Source: Neoconidiobolus thromboides FSU 785
Lineage: Eukaryota; Fungi; Entomophthoromycota
Length of the DNA: 64,000 bases
Direction: 5' to 3'
Assembly: GCA_025603075.1 (NCBI GenBank)
Contig: MU626287.1
Coordinates: forward strand, 92,361-156,360
The position numbers and the translations under genes are program-made. Below the pieces are notes generated by a model that saw only the letters and a list, made by a program, of their open reading frames with translations, had not been told where the DNA came from and did not search any database. This document shows positions 63,229-64,000 of the stretch, one piece after another; within the stretch, counting starts at the first letter, position 1, and each line of letters opens with the position of its first letter.

Positions 63229-63427
63229 GAAGGTATCTTCTAGGCTTCACTTTTACTACCTTTTAAGCGTTATTTGAGCAGAAAGGTAGTTGACAAATTC
63301 TTAAATACAATAACAATAATAGGGGATGTATTTTTTTGCCTAGCAATTTCTAACAATTTTTCCATTCAAATAGTGCTTAAAAAATGGAAAAGTAATGAAA
63401 CCAAAAAAACATCCCCAATACATCCCC
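63229..63427 (-). mobile_element. MITE-like element copy 14 (host, split by copy 15)
   Basis: Reverse copy flanked by ATAT/ATAT; its terminal CATCCCC resumes after the inserted copy; 100 bp once the insert and one TSD are removed. Confidence 0.85.
63322..63416 (+). mobile_element. MITE-like element copy 15 (nested)
   Basis: GGGGATGT...ACATCCCC with perfect 8-bp termini; flanked by AATA/AATA. Confidence 0.92.
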
Positions 63428-64000
63428 ATATATTAAAGACTTAGAAATTTAGAAACTTAAAATTAAATAAAAAAAACTGAAAATTTATTTTAATTGTTTT
63501 ATTTTTATTAAATATTTAGTAGATATATATTATAGAAATATATAGCTATTTGATTTTATTTTTTATTAAAATAAGAACAAAATGCAAGCTTTTATAACTA
63601 AACTTTAAAATGAATTTTTAAAAAATTTAACAGAATAGTGAAAAGCATACTATATAGACATTATAATTTATTTATGTCGATTTTGATAACTATTTATAAT
63701 AACCCAAAATTCATAAGGTTTTACAATAGAGTAAAAAAACTTATTGAAATCTATTATTAATAATGTACTTTATCAAGTAGTACATAAAATTAATACTTTG
63801 AAGAAAATAGAAAATAAAAACCAATAAGTAGTATTATTATCAACTATAGCTTTAATGTATTTTTTGATAAATGTAAAAGTTTTAGATTTAATATAGGTGT
63901 GAAATCTGGTACTCAGGGTTTGGAGTCAAGAACAGCTATTGCTGGGTTGACTACACTATAAGTCGAAAGGTCTTAGTTTATGTGACTAAGATAGACTTGG

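Noticed and set aside
63890-64000. GC-richer stretch at the right edge
   Set aside because: Truncated by the window end, with stops in the frames I checked and no recognisable RNA or protein motif.

Overview
Eukaryotic, very AT-rich fungal genomic DNA with short GT-AG introns (mostly ~45-110 nt). Gene content and the F-box/LRR family style suggest an early-diverging fungus, possibly Conidiobolus-like (inference only). About 26 protein-coding loci are visible: eEF2, a TIS11/TTP-type CCCH protein, TMEM234, an RNF5-like E3, a 4-exon SIVA-like zinc-finger gene absent from the ORF track, two tandem F-box/LRR paralogs plus a decayed third copy, PIS1, NTAQ1, a PNRC-motif protein, an OSH1/2-type sterol transfer protein, TMEM223-like, Bet v1-like, TSC1, Kelch-BTB, MED8, DAM1, ABD1, ATG22, FMT1, CTU2, TXNL4B-like, an RNF14/ITT1 RBR ligase, a fungal transcription-factor-like protein and several unknowns. 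The strongest non-genic signal is a ~95-100 bp MITE-like family with 15 copies, G-rich imperfect terminal inverted repeats and copy-specific 4-bp target-site duplications, including one copy nested inside another. No rRNA, tRNA, CRISPR array or transposase was found. Gene models were spliced by eye, so exon boundaries are approximate unless stated.
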